Assembly: GCA_963718525.1 (NCBI GenBank)
Contig: OY970355.1
Coordinates: forward strand, 640,001 to 704,000
Direction of reading: 5' to 3'
From: Candidatus Dormiibacterota bacterium
GTDB taxonomy: Bacteria; Chloroflexota; Dormibacteria; Aeolococcales; Aeolococcaceae
Length of the DNA: 64,000 nt
Shown: positions 40,301 through 50,745 of the stretch, in pieces
How positions within the stretch are numbered: the first letter of the stretch is position 1
Layout of the letters: each line of letters opens with the position of its first letter
Made by a program: the position numbers and the translations under genes
Notes under the pieces: generated by a model
The model's database searches: none
What the model saw: only the letters and a program-made list of their open reading frames with translations
What the model was told of the DNA's origin: nothing

Positions 40301-40688
40301 GCTGTTCAAGCTCTCTCAGGTGGGCTCCAGGGTTGCGAATTCAACAGCGGTGTCTGATCGGGTCGACTCCGGGGCTGAGGACCGACTGATCTGAAACGCG
40401 CCACGTCGCATCTCGCGAGTTAGAGGTCAACCGCTCTCACAATTGATCAACGCACTGTCCGTCCCCGCAAGATGATGCGCGAGGGACGGGGGAGCAGTTC
40501 GGGATGCGCGCGGGGATGCTCGCCATATCCGACGATCTCACCAGAGGAGCCGTGTTCCAGGCCGCCAAAGCTTCGTCTGGACTGGCAATACGGCAAAACG
40601 ACGTCACACACGCGGGCTGGCGCCGAGATGCTGTTCGCGCGCTTGAACATCGCGGCACGGTCGCCGCAGCAAGCATTGCATAGCCGGA

Positions 40689-41490
40689 GTGGTCGGTAGT
40701 TCGACGTCAAGCGGGCCAATCAGCCTCGGCGTCAAGAAACGTCTTATCATTCGGGTTCCAGTGGGCGAGGCTATCGACGACGAGCTAGTCGAATTCTATT
40801 ACCAATGGAACCGCTTCGAGAAGACCAATGACGTCGAAATAATCGACTTCGACCTCTTGCAGCGCTCGGCCGATTTTCCCGGCGCGTTCAATACACGAGA
40901 GGATGCCGCAGCCCTTGGATCCGCGGCGACCCCGAGTGCACCATCCTCCACGAAGTTGGTGGGCACGTCCTGCAGGCAGCGGCCTGGAAGGAACGACTGA
41001 AGGCGGGTGCGATGCCGCCCGTATGTGGATTAACTACGCTGCATGGTCCCGAGAGCTACGTTCAGGAGGGGGTGGCCGAGACCTTGTCCTGGTTCTTCCG
41101 CGCCCACTCCTGTGTGAGGCAGGCGAACTCGCCGTGCGCCTCCACTGCATGTCGGAGTTGTATTGGAACGATGCCTTCATCATGGCGGGTCGAGGTCGAT
41201 CTGCTGACGAGGTCCTTAAGTTTCTCGACGACCACATGCTGACCTACCGGACCCCTGAGCAACGGCGCAAGCGCCTCGAGACCGCCACACAAGATCCCCT
41301 ATCGCGGGCGTACCTGTACTCGTATGGGATTTCGATATACCACCATCGTCTCTTTGCAGAGCACTCCAGCCCCGACCAGAACCGCAACTATCTAGCGCAT
41401 GTCTTCGGCAGGACATACTCCTATCGAGATCTTGCTCGCTCGTACGACGGTTGGCACGGTCAGTCGAACGATCGGGTACAAGGCTACTGA
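40689..41490 (+). pseudogene. Fragments of unknown gene(s)
   Basis: Protein-like stretches (RLIIRVPVGEAIDDELVEFYYQW...; ELYWNDAF...AYLYSYGISIYHHRLF) in broken frames; no family recognised. Confidence 0.35.
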
Positions 41491-41523
41491 GGCTCCTCGC
41501 CAGCCTCGACATGTGCCGGTCTG

Positions 41524-41766
41524 CACATACGGGTACGGCTCGTCGAGCGGCCGCTCTCGGAACTCGGCAAGCTCCTCGTCGAGCAGCGCGCAGATCCGGC
41601 TCACCTCGCTGCGGCTGATGCTGCAGCCTCCCAGCGCGGCCATGAGGTCGTCGACCTTGCGGGTGCTGGTGCCGAGCACGTAGGCCTCCTGGACCACCGC
41701 GGTGAGTGCTCGGTCGATGCGTCGCCGTGGCTCGAGCAAGGTCGGGAAGAAGCTGCCCGTGCGCAC
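41524..41766 (-). mobile_element. IS256-family transposase internal fragment
   Basis: RTGSFFPTLLEPRRRIDRAL..VVQEAYVLGTSTRKVDDL...ISRSEVSRIC..LDEE...FRERPL..PYPYV; no ends or DDE completion. Confidence 0.9.
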
Positions 41767-42029
41767 GCCGCGCTCGTCGATGGATTTCCAGCTCGACGAC
41801 GGCGGCATCTGGGCCGTGGGCGAGTGCGCAGTGTGTGGGCGGGCGTTCTGCGCCATAACGAAGAATGGAAAGGTGCGGCCGTACAAGCGATCGGACGACT
41901 GCCTCCAGAGACAACATCATCGCCACCGTTCGCGCCGCACAAGAATTACTTACCGAAGCGTTGCGCGTGTTGGAGAAGTTGGAATGACCGAATCGGCATC
42001 ACCAGACGGCTACGGTCTTGGGGACAAAT

Positions 42030-42549
42030 TCACCACCTCGTCGAGTTATCTGTGATTGCGCTGCCCTTGCTCCGGCCGTTGCGCGCACTCCGCTTGTTGA
42101 GGGTGGTCAATATCTTCAGGGCCGGTCTGATTCTGACCAATGCCCTTCGACGCCTTCGCGGAGTACTAACCCATCACGGATTGCACTACGCACTATTCGT
42201 CGTCCTCGGGGTCGTCGTCGTGTGCGCCGCTCTTGAGTTCGAGTTCGAAGACGGGACCCACGGAGCGAACATCCAAAACTTCGGCGATGCCCTATGGTGG
42301 GCGATCGTCACGGTTACGACCGTTGGCTATGGCGACAAGTTTCCCGTGTCTGCGGGCGGCCGGGGGGTTGCTGTCGTGCTGATGCTTGTCGGGATCGGCC
42401 TGATTGGAATCCTAACCGCTACGGTCGCGAGCTTCTTCATCGGGCAAGGAGCTGATGAAGAGAAGGCGGCGCTGCAGCAGCGCCTCGACAGGATCGAGGG
42501 GATGCTGGGGCAAATCCTCGCTGGACGGACCGAATCGGACGATGGTTAA
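42030..42549 (+). pseudogene. 5'-truncated voltage-gated potassium channel (S4 + pore)
   Basis: LRPLRALRLLR S4; DALWWAIVTVTTVGYGD selectivity filter; S1-S3 missing. Confidence 0.8.
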
Positions 42550-42885
42550 CCGACCAAGGAAATACCCAGCGCAGATCGGCTGCTGGAAAGATGCCGCCCT
42601 CTCTGGGCGCAGACGCAAGATCCGATGCCATCCAGGAAGCGAACTCACCGCGCCGCGCCATACGTGCTCGCGCCAGGCGAGATCCGCCGGAGCCCGCTGT
42701 CCGTGCCGAGCGTCAAGGGCCGATTCGTCCGATACCGCTGGGCTGGTCACCGTGTGCGAGGGGACGCTGGCACCCTGGAAGCCGGGCCCACCACTGCACC
42801 TGCACACGTCAAGTATCAACCGAAGCCGTGTCAAGGATCAGCCGCACCCCTCTTGTCAGGAATCAGCCGGATCTATACATCACAT

Positions 42886-42915
42886 TGGTTGGGGAGAGAG
42901 GATTCGAACCTCTGA
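42886..42915 (-). other. tRNA 3'-end fragment (T-arm + acceptor 3' strand + CCA), att-like
   Basis: Minus strand TCAGAGGTTCGAATCCTCTCTCCCCAACCA; no D-arm or anticodon arm upstream. Confidence 0.8.
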
Positions 42916-43096
42916 TGGCTGATCCAGATTACTCGTTCCTCGTTGCACCTCCTGAAATAGCCGGTGCCCCGCCTGGTCGCGAAGCTGCGCTCACATCCGG
43001 GAGACGGGGATTATCTCCACGCCCGCTAGGTCGATCTCACGTTCGGCTGCAAACTGCTACGACCGGTACGTAGCAGCAGGCAAGTCCGGCCGCGAT

Positions 43097-43552
43097 TCAT
43101 TTCGTGACTGCGAGCGCGTCGCGCATCCAGGGTGGCAGAGTGATGCGACCTTTGCCATTCGGATCGATCGCTACATAAACATTGCGACCGACAGCGATGA
43201 CTTTATCCTCATCGATCATGCGGAAGCCGAGCTCGAGAGACGAGGTTCCCAATCGTAGGCATCCGACCTCGAGCACAATCTCGTCGTCGAACTGCGCAGG
43301 CTTGAGGTACCGGCACGTTGCCTCGACTACAACCAAGTCGAGCCCACGCTGGTGTATCGCGCTCCAGTCACCTACGGCCGTCCGCAAGTACTCAACCATG
43401 CCCATATCAAAGTACTCGAAGTAGCGCGAGTGGAAGACATATCCTTGGGGATCGCACTCGCTATAACGCACCCGAAACGGCCAACGATGCCCTAGGGTTC
43501 TCGTGGTGAGCCGGTCAAGCACCTTTGACGGATCAGATTGGATAGAAGCCAC
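43097..43552 (-). CDS. Acyl-CoA thioesterase (4HBT/YbgC hot-dog fold)
   Basis: RVRYSECDPQGYVFHSRYFEYFD...RYLKPAQFDD. Confidence 0.9.
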   Translation of the reverse strand: MASIQSDPSKVLDRLTTRTLGHRWPFRVRYSECDPQGYVFHSRYFEYFDMGMVEYLRTAVGDWSAIHQRGLDLVVVEATCRYLKPAQFDDEIVLEVGCLRLGTSSLELGFRMIDEDKVIAVGRNVYVAIDPNGKGRITLPPWMRDALAVTK

Positions 43553-43656
43553 CCCTCTACGTCGTCCGCTCCGTCCTAACGAAAGTCAAGACGAGGCCCC
43601 GTCGGTATGGTCAAGGTCGACGGGTCTCATGGGGCAGGCGCGGCTCGGGCGCGACT

Positions 43657-44151
43657 TCACGCATGATCGAGCCCGCGATCTGCGCGGCGGAGCGCGACCC
43701 CCTCGACCGCGTTCACGATTGACGAGTACCCGGTGCACCGACACAAGTTGGAGCTGACGGACTCCCGAATGGCAGAGCGCGAAACACCTGCGGGCGATGA
43801 TGCCAGGCACGCGTAACTCACCACTAACATCCCTGACGTGCAGAAGCCACATTGAAAGGCGTTGTTGTGGAGGAAAGAGGCTCGAAGTTCCGTGGCCAGC
43901 TCGCGATCCAGGAAATCAAGTCCTTCTACCGTCACCACTCGGTGACCCCGTGCCTTCCACAACGGCACGAGACAACTCCTCACCGGCTGCTCATCGACGA
44001 GGACTGTGCAGGCACCGCATACGCCGTGTTCACAAATTGTGTGGCCACCTTGGAGACGGATCTTGTCTCGCAGGAAGTCACTCAGTGACCAGTAGAGCGG
44101 CACTTCTATCGCACATTCGACGCCGTTGATGGTGATAGTTTCGCTATCCAT
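43657..44151 (-). CDS. Molybdenum hydroxylase 2Fe-2S subunit (CoxS-like)
   Basis: CEHGVCGACTV..SC, TVEGL, QCGFCTSG, NLCRCTGY; start ATG 44151. Confidence 0.93.
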   Translation of the reverse strand: MDSETITINGVECAIEVPLYWSLSDFLRDKIRLQGGHTICEHGVCGACTVLVDEQPVRSCLVPLWKARGHRVVTVEGLDFLDRELATELRASFLHNNAFQCGFCTSGMLVVSYACLASSPAGVSRSAIRESVSSNLCRCTGYSSIVNAVEGVALRRADRGLDHA

Positions 44152-44989
44152 TGGTTCCACTCCTCGCGAGCGTGTTCCGAGTGGTCCAGGCTCGCTCGAC
44201 CAGAATCTCCGCGACCCACTCCGCAGAGAAGCCTGACTGGACCATCGCTTCTTCAACTCCGGCTCTGACCTCGTCGCGCAGCTGCGCACGGTTCGCCAAC
44301 CGGCCGACCTGGATCAAGCCCGCGCTGCCATCTCGTACCGCAAATGCGATCCGGCCGCTCTGAGCTTCGCCTCCAGCTGTTGGAATTGCCAACGCCGCGG
44401 CCAGAACGGGCACCCACGTCCCCTGCTCCCCAACCTCAAAGAAGTCCCACCCGTCGAGCCCGTCCTGCAGAGGCACCTCAAGGTGCGTGAGCAGCAGGAC
44501 TGATGTGTCGCGCTCTGGTCGCATCGAGCGGAGCTCGAGCCCGGTCAGCCTCCGGGTCTCCCCCCATGAATCGAGGACGACGGCCGCGCCACCACATGCC
44601 ATGATCGCGAGCGGGATCTCCGCGGTTGGCGACCCATGGAAGAAGTTGCCGCCCGCAGTCGCGAGGGTCCGTATCGGACCGACAGCGACCTGCGATGCCG
44701 CTTTTGAGACGAGTCCCCCATTGCCTTCGAGTGAAGTTGCGGCTAGCTCGGCCAGGGTCATGCAGCTGCCGACTGCCAGCATCGCACCGTCATCCACTGA
44801 GTGGGCACGATGAAGCTCGCTCACACCCGAGAGGTCAATAAGGCATGTGGGGCGCCGGTAACCCAAGCGCAGCTCGTAGAGCAGCCCCTGGCCGCCGGCG
44901 ACGAACATTGCCTCCGGGTGTTCCCGCCACATCGCTACGGTTTCGGCGACCGTTGTCGGACACAGGTACTCAAGCGGATAGAACTTCAT
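44144..44989 (-). CDS. Molybdenum hydroxylase FAD subunit (CoxM-like)
   Basis: AGGQGL, LIDL, IRTLATAGGN. Confidence 0.85.
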   Translation of the reverse strand: MKFYPLEYLCPTTVAETVAMWREHPEAMFVAGGQGLLYELRLGYRRPTCLIDLSGVSELHRAHSVDDGAMLAVGSCMTLAELAATSLEGNGGLVSKAASQVAVGPIRTLATAGGNFFHGSPTAEIPLAIMACGGAAVVLDSWGETRRLTGLELRSMRPERDTSVLLLTHLEVPLQDGLDGWDFFEVGEQGTWVPVLAAALAIPTAGGEAQSGRIAFAVRDGSAGLIQVGRLANRAQLRDEVRAGVEEAMVQSGFSAEWVAEILVERAWTTRNTLARSGTNG

Positions 44990-47487
44990 GCGTCGCCTGC
45001 CCCCAGCCCCACCGGTTGGGTTTGGTTGCAGAGGTGCTGCCAGTCGAGACAGGCGTGAACAAAGTCTCGATGGTGGAGCGGCAGTTCGTTGACCACGAAT
45101 CCAACGGGTCGCAGGGCATCGCTGAGTGCTGTCGCGATTGCGGCAGGTGCACCGATCGGCCCATCTTCGCCCCCCCCGCGCACCCCAAAGACATTCCCAG
45201 GCGAGAGGGTCTCGACGTGCAAGACCTCAATCTCAGGGACGTCGGTAGCGCGTGGGGTTCGGTAGCGGAAGAGATCAGTTGCGCCGGACTGCCCTGCGTC
45301 GTTGAACTCGATGAACTCGAGGAGCGCCTGGCCCAGTCCTTGCGCCACGCCTCCACGAACCTGCTCGTCGAGCAGGGCTGGATTTATGACGCGGCCGGAG
45401 TCACCGACAACGACGTACTTACGGAAGCGGATCTCACTCGTGAGCGTGTCCACAGCGCACACAACCCCGTGCCAGGCGTAGGGCGACGTGAATGGCTTCG
45501 CCGGTCGAAAACTGCTAACGGCCGACAACCCCGGTGTGATTCGGCGGGGGAGACGGCTCATCTGGAAGTACGCGACGCGGCACACATCTTCAAGCGACAC
45601 CACGCGGCCATCGAGTGCTCGAACGCCTTCCGCAGTCAGGCTGACTTCTCCGTCGGTGCCAAGGAGCGACGCCCCAATGTCCTTGATTTTCCCGGCTAGT
45701 TCCTCTGCTGCCGTGACAACAGCGCCGCCACTGATCACCGAGACGCGACTGCCCCATGATCCGGAGCCGTAGTGGGCGCTTCCCGAGCTGTTGCCGGCGA
45801 CCCGCACACATCGTGGGTCGATGCACAGCACCTCACTGACCATCTGCGCGAACGTCGTCTCATGAGCCTGTCCGGAGGACGCGGCGGCGATACGGACATC
45901 GACTGAGCAGTCCGGGTTGACCCGGACATACGCTTCCTCCCAATCCGTTACGGCTCTCACGCCCAGGCCGTCCATCGAGACGGCCGATGGCTCCGCTACT
46001 GCCGATAGCCCAATGCCGATCAGGACGCGGTCGTGCCGGCGCCGGCGCTCCTCCCGCTCCTCGCAGACCGCGCGATAGTTGAGATGCTCAAGCGTCATGG
46101 CAAGTGCCGTGCGGTACTGCCCGGCGTCATAGTGAACGCCTGCGGAATTTGGACCTGTCTGCATCTCCGGCAAGAGATTGAGCTCCTGCACCGCTGCAAA
46201 GTCCTGTCCCACTGCCCATGCCACATCCTGAAGTACCCGCTCCACCACGAAGACGCCAACTGGTGCAGCCACGCCGCGGTAAGTGCCGCCCGTTGGCTTG
46301 TTGGTCATGACGGCGCGGGTGTGATAGGAGTATTCCCCGAGGTCATAGATTGAGGGAAGACGGAAGGGCAGGGCGGCCGCCTCAACCGCCGACGAGAGCG
46401 GCGAGTACGAGTACGCTCCAGCGTCACTCGTGGAGTCCACATGGAAGGCGACGATGCGACCGGTGGAGTCATACGCGGCCACCACATCATTGACTTCCCG
46501 TCGAGCCTGAATACCATTTTGGAGATGTTCAACAGATGTCTCGAGCCATCTGACTGGGCGTCCCGTATGCATGGCAAGGAGGCAAACCGCAATTTCCTCC
46601 CTCTGCGCACCGATCTTCGCCCCGAAGCCGCCTCCTACATCGGGTGCAACGACCTCGATGTTCAACTCTGGCAAATGGAGCACGTCGGCTAGCACGCGGC
46701 GAAGCATGAGCGGGGTCTGTGTGCTCGCGGTGACCTTCAGCGTGCCATGAGTCCAGACGGCTAGGCACCCTCGTGGTTCCATGGGCATCGCGGAGATGCC
46801 GGCGGTCATGAAGCGCGTCTGAAGATTCTGATCTGCGGACATCTCACGGACCCGCTGCGCGAGGCTCTCAGACGTGATGCCAGTTGCCTCGGTCGGATAC
46901 GACCCCTCGGCGCCATCCGCGCGCGTCCCTACGGCTTCGTAGAGAATGTTCGAGCCCAGATCGTTGTACAAGATGGGCACCCGATCAGACGCGCTCCCGG
47001 CGACGAGTGCATCGACCACCACCGGAAGCGGATCGATCTTCACGACCACGTGCTGGGCCGCTGCCTCTGCCTCAGAGCGATCCGGTGCCGCGACGATTGC
47101 TACCGGGTCCCCGATGTATCGGACCTTCTCCACGGCCAAGCACCAGAACTTCGGGTTTGCGTGGGTTGGGATTTCCCAGTGCGCGGGCATCGGGGCGCTC
47201 AGTGAGGCGACATCGAGGCCTGTCATACCCACGACGTCAGGCCGATGCGGCGTCGTCGCGCGTGTCAGGTCAACCTCTCGGAGCAGGCCGTGCGCGATCG
47301 TACTCCGCACGAATATCGCCTCCAGTGCTCCCTCCGCGTCAACATCCGCAAGGTATGCTGCCGCGCCGCGTACGAATCTGGCGGCGTCGATGCGAGGAAC
47401 GCTGCTCCCCACGACTGATTCGGAGCCCGACGCCTCAGCGAGACCCCACCGCTCCGCTGACTGGTTTCCTGATCTCAACTCCTTCAC
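44986..47487 (-). CDS. Xanthine-dehydrogenase-family molybdopterin subunit (CoxL-like, not form I CO dehydrogenase)
   Basis: VRSTIAHG, PMEPRG, DVGGGFGAK, TYRGVA, SSGQAHET, GSWGSR, QVRGG..QGLG, VRGGGE. Confidence 0.93.
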   Translation of the reverse strand: MKELRSGNQSAERWGLAEASGSESVVGSSVPRIDAARFVRGAAAYLADVDAEGALEAIFVRSTIAHGLLREVDLTRATTPHRPDVVGMTGLDVASLSAPMPAHWEIPTHANPKFWCLAVEKVRYIGDPVAIVAAPDRSEAEAAAQHVVVKIDPLPVVVDALVAGSASDRVPILYNDLGSNILYEAVGTRADGAEGSYPTEATGITSESLAQRVREMSADQNLQTRFMTAGISAMPMEPRGCLAVWTHGTLKVTASTQTPLMLRRVLADVLHLPELNIEVVAPDVGGGFGAKIGAQREEIAVCLLAMHTGRPVRWLETSVEHLQNGIQARREVNDVVAAYDSTGRIVAFHVDSTSDAGAYSYSPLSSAVEAAALPFRLPSIYDLGEYSYHTRAVMTNKPTGGTYRGVAAPVGVFVVERVLQDVAWAVGQDFAAVQELNLLPEMQTGPNSAGVHYDAGQYRTALAMTLEHLNYRAVCEEREERRRRHDRVLIGIGLSAVAEPSAVSMDGLGVRAVTDWEEAYVRVNPDCSVDVRIAAASSGQAHETTFAQMVSEVLCIDPRCVRVAGNSSGSAHYGSGSWGSRVSVISGGAVVTAAEELAGKIKDIGASLLGTDGEVSLTAEGVRALDGRVVSLEDVCRVAYFQMSRLPRRITPGLSAVSSFRPAKPFTSPYAWHGVVCAVDTLTSEIRFRKYVVVGDSGRVINPALLDEQVRGGVAQGLGQALLEFIEFNDAGQSGATDLFRYRTPRATDVPEIEVLHVETLSPGNVFGVRGGGEDGPIGAPAAIATALSDALRPVGFVVNELPLHHRDFVHACLDWQHLCNQTQPVGLGAGDA

Positions 47488-47948
47488 TGCCTTCCTCTTC
47501 CACCGCTTCCAGAAGCCTGAACTTGTGGAACGTCTACAACCGCCGTCGCCTCGATTTCGATCAAAAACTCAGGACGCACAAGACGCTGCACCACGAGAAG
47601 AGTATTGGCCGGGTACACATGCTCCGGGAAGTAGGTGTCAAACAGCCGCGCCCGAGTTTCGTAGAACAGCGGAATGTCTTCCGCCCGAGTCAAGAAGGTC
47701 GTGAACTTGACGACGTCTCCGAGACTGCTCCCTGCGGCTGAAAGTACGCGTCCAAGATTCTCGAAGACGACCTCGGTTTGGCGCCCGAGATCGCCTTCTC
47801 CCTGCAGGTTTCCATCGATATCGACAGCCACCTGTCCCGCTACGAAGGTCGCGGCCCCACCCCGCATCGTCACGGCATGTGAGTACGCGCCGAGAGGAGC
47901 CCCAACCCCCTCCGGATTCACAAAGTATTCCAAATGTTTAGTGGCCAC
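47484..47948 (-). CDS. RidA/Rid family enamine/imine deaminase
   Basis: YSHAV, VAGQVA, R..F...YPANTL, LIEIEATA. Confidence 0.9.
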   Translation of the reverse strand: MATKHLEYFVNPEGVGAPLGAYSHAVTMRGGAATFVAGQVAVDIDGNLQGEGDLGRQTEVVFENLGRVLSAAGSSLGDVVKFTTFLTRAEDIPLFYETRARLFDTYFPEHVYPANTLLVVQRLVRPEFLIEIEATAVVDVPQVQASGSGGRGRQ

Positions 47949-47976
47949 TCGCGTTCAACTGCCTCCCGTCAACGTG

Positions 47977-48864
47977 CTAAGCATGAGTCAGATACGGCGA
48001 AACGGACGGGTCGCCAAAGAGGGGATTATGAGCACCTTCGATGAAGTCGCATACCAAAGAGTTGAACAAGTTCGGATACTCCAAGAACGGCAGGTGCCCG
48101 CACCGCGGGAGGATGGTGAGGTGTGACTGCGGGATGCGTGCTGCCCCCCACGCGGCTGTCTCCGGGGAGCATCTGGGGTCCTCGCGCCCCGAAATGACGA
48201 GCGTCGGCACGCGTATCTCGCCGAGCCGATCGACTACTCGCTGCTCGGGCGGCGCGGGCCGACTACGCAGATCATCCAGAAGCGCCTCGTAGAAGGCTTG
48301 TACCTCTGGGAGCGCGTAGGAAGTCAGTTGCGGCAGCAACACCTCCTCTGGCACCGAGCGTGCATCCCAACAAATGCGAGCCAGCCGGGCTCGACAGCTC
48401 TCGAGTGACGCATGTTTGATGGCTGTCATGGCGTTCTGGTAGGTGTCCGAGTACATCTTCCGCGCAGCCTCGTCCGCTGTGAAACAGCTGCCGCTTCCAA
48501 CAATGACGAGACCCTTAACGCGGTCGGGCATGCGGAAGTACACAAGAGCAGCGATCAGAGCACCCACGGAGCTGCCTACGATCGTGACGCTCCCGAGAGC
48601 AAGTGCATCCATGACTGCGCAGATGTGCGTGGTGAGGGCTCCGCGAAAATCTCTATCCAGCACCTCACTTACACTGGTAAAGCCATGCCCAAGAAGATCC
48701 GGCGCGACCACCGTGTGCCTCTGCCCTAGGTCTGCTACGTTGCGGAGCCACAAATCTGCCGAAAGGCCCACTCCGTGAAGGAGCAGGACGGCATCGCCGT
48801 CACCATCGACGAGATATCGCGTGCGGACATCGCCGGCCCGCAAGTACATGGCCCGCATCGCCAC
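47977..48864 (-). CDS. Alpha/beta hydrolase (amidohydrolase or C-C hydrolase-like)
   Basis: LLHG, DLLGHG, GSSVG nucleophile elbow, GRED, CGHLP. Confidence 0.9.
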   Translation of the reverse strand: MAMRAMYLRAGDVRTRYLVDGDGDAVLLLHGVGLSADLWLRNVADLGQRHTVVAPDLLGHGFTSVSEVLDRDFRGALTTHICAVMDALALGSVTIVGSSVGALIAALVYFRMPDRVKGLVIVGSGSCFTADEAARKMYSDTYQNAMTAIKHASLESCRARLARICWDARSVPEEVLLPQLTSYALPEVQAFYEALLDDLRSRPAPPEQRVVDRLGEIRVPTLVISGREDPRCSPETAAWGAARIPQSHLTILPRCGHLPFLEYPNLFNSLVCDFIEGAHNPLFGDPSVSPYLTHA

Positions 48865-48915
48865 TAAGCTCCAGCTTCGGCAAACCGGTAACGGACGGCC
48901 GTCAAGAGAGCCTCG

Positions 48916-50391
48916 TCAGGGCGCACTTGGGCGCACCGCTGGTTGTCCACTGTCCGCCACGCTTCCGTCTCGGGGGAGACCGGCACGGAGGTTCCCCAAG
49001 CGGCGACGGGCCAGGACCAGATACAATCCGCCGCCGACCACTGGAGCGACGAACCAGGAGAGGTCTCCGCCATTGACAGCATTCGCAATGGGTCCGACCC
49101 AGAACGTCAGATTGGCGAAGGGGACTGCCACGGCGGCGCCCACCAGCCAGCTCACCAGGCCGGGCCAATTCCACGAGCCGTACATGCCGTTAGGTTTGAA
49201 TATCTCGGCCGTCACGTAATGGCGACGGCGGACGAAGTAGAAGTCGACCAGGTTCACGGCCGACCACGGCAGGAGGAAGAGCACTGCGACTGACAAGAAG
49301 TCACCAAAGACGCCGAAGAAGCTGTTCGCGTAGGCTATCGATGCAGCTAGTGCGAGCGCGAAGACCGGTACCATCGCAACGATCCGCGCCGTGCAACTCT
49401 TGGTCACCGCGAACCGCGGGTTAAGCGATTGGACAAGGCTCAAGGCCGTGTTCACGCCTGCGTAAAGTGAGAATGAACCTTGAAGGACCGTGACAATGCA
49501 TGTCACTGTCACAAACAACCAGGCAAACCAGAGTCCCAGTCCGCTCACCACCGTGAAGAGCGCACCGAAAACGTCCGGGGTGTAGCGGAACTCGACACCG
49601 AGGAGGGCTCCAAATACGAGAAGCCACAGTTCGCCCACCCAGATACCGAGATACGTCCATCCCGAGACGGCCCCAACACTCACGTCCGGCCTGAGGTACC
49701 TTGAATAGTCGGCTACATAAGGCGCGTATCCGGCGGCAAAAATGAAACTGAAGGATATGGTCCCCAGAAAGAGCCCCAAAGAGAAGGAACCACCGAGAGG
49801 AACTGACCCCCCGTTCGGAAGAGTGTTGTGAAAGATCAGCGTAAGAAACGCCACGAGGTACACAACGATCGCAACAACCGTCAGGACCTTACCAAGGGCG
49901 TGTGAGAAGTTGTAGCCGAACAGGGCCACCAGCGCGCAAAGCACCGCTATCACAACGGTGAGGAAAATCACACTGAGGCTAGGGGCTCCGCCAACGACGA
50001 GCAGGGCCGAGGCCGATGGGTTAGATGCAAAGAATCCAATATAGATGAATTCCGCCATAATCATCGCGAAAATAGATCCGCGGAATCCAAACTGCGCCCG
50101 CGATTGAATCATTTGGGGAATGCCTAAGGTCGGGCCTTGGGCGGCGTGAAAGGCCGCGAGCGCACAGCCTCCCGAGAGACCGATCACCATCGCGACCACG
50201 GTCCAGATGAAACTGGCGCCCGGCGATACAAACAGGGCGCCGGCACCAATACTGGCTACCACGACGCCTCCACCAAAGAAGAGCGTGAACATGTCCCGAG
50301 GCCGTCCGTGGCGCTCATTCAACGGGATGAAATCGATCGAGTGTTCCTCGATGGCGAGCATGTTGGTAGCCCCAGTCGTGGTCTCCGGCAT
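48916..50391 (-). CDS. NCS1 purine-cytosine permease family transporter
   Basis: IEEHSIDFIP..ERHG, GIPQMIQSRAQFG, YVADYSRY, PWSAVNLVDFY; GGAGG RBS before ATG 50391. Confidence 0.93.
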   Translation of the reverse strand: MPETTTGATNMLAIEEHSIDFIPLNERHGRPRDMFTLFFGGGVVVASIGAGALFVSPGASFIWTVVAMVIGLSGGCALAAFHAAQGPTLGIPQMIQSRAQFGFRGSIFAMIMAEFIYIGFFASNPSASALLVVGGAPSLSVIFLTVVIAVLCALVALFGYNFSHALGKVLTVVAIVVYLVAFLTLIFHNTLPNGGSVPLGGSFSLGLFLGTISFSFIFAAGYAPYVADYSRYLRPDVSVGAVSGWTYLGIWVGELWLLVFGALLGVEFRYTPDVFGALFTVVSGLGLWFAWLFVTVTCIVTVLQGSFSLYAGVNTALSLVQSLNPRFAVTKSCTARIVAMVPVFALALAASIAYANSFFGVFGDFLSVAVLFLLPWSAVNLVDFYFVRRRHYVTAEIFKPNGMYGSWNWPGLVSWLVGAAVAVPFANLTFWVGPIANAVNGGDLSWFVAPVVGGGLYLVLARRRLGNLRAGLPRDGSVADSGQPAVRPSAP

Positions 50392-50534
50392 GGCTAAACC
50401 TCCGCCTCTCGACCAGATGGATGGGTTGCAGCGATTCGCTTGTGCACGCGTTTCTCCTGATAAAAGGGGGCAGCCGGCCGATGATCGGGCGGAGTGTAGC
50501 GACCACAGGATTGCTCCGTCAAGGGAAACGGGCA

Positions 50535-50565
50535 GTTCTGATCCAAAATCAGCATCCAAAATCAG
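50535..50565. promoter_or_regulatory. Candidate GntR operator (TGAT-N5-ATCA; tandem ATCCAAAATCAG x2)
   Basis: Direct repeat at 50541-50552 and 50554-50565; 15/17 match at 53984-54000. Confidence 0.6.
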
Positions 50566-50745
50566 GAGGGCTCAGGCCGGAGCTTGTCCATCCCCCGGGC
50601 TGCCAGTTCAGGGCATCAGCTGTTCGAATGTGCCGCGACGGGCGCTCTCGTCGCGGTAGGCTTGCTCGTCATGGGTACGCGGGCGGCGCCTCGAAGCCTG
50701 GGAACTCCTCCAGCGAACATTGGGTCATGGGTGAGCGGGCTGGCC

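Noticed and set aside
42886-42960. Complete tRNA gene
   Set aside because: Only the 3' 30 nt are tRNA-like; no 5' acceptor strand, D-arm or anticodon arm.
44986-47487. Aerobic CO dehydrogenase (coxL)
   Set aside because: Active-site loop is TYRGVA, not the form I AYxCSFR; gene order and context indicate an organic-substrate hydroxylase.
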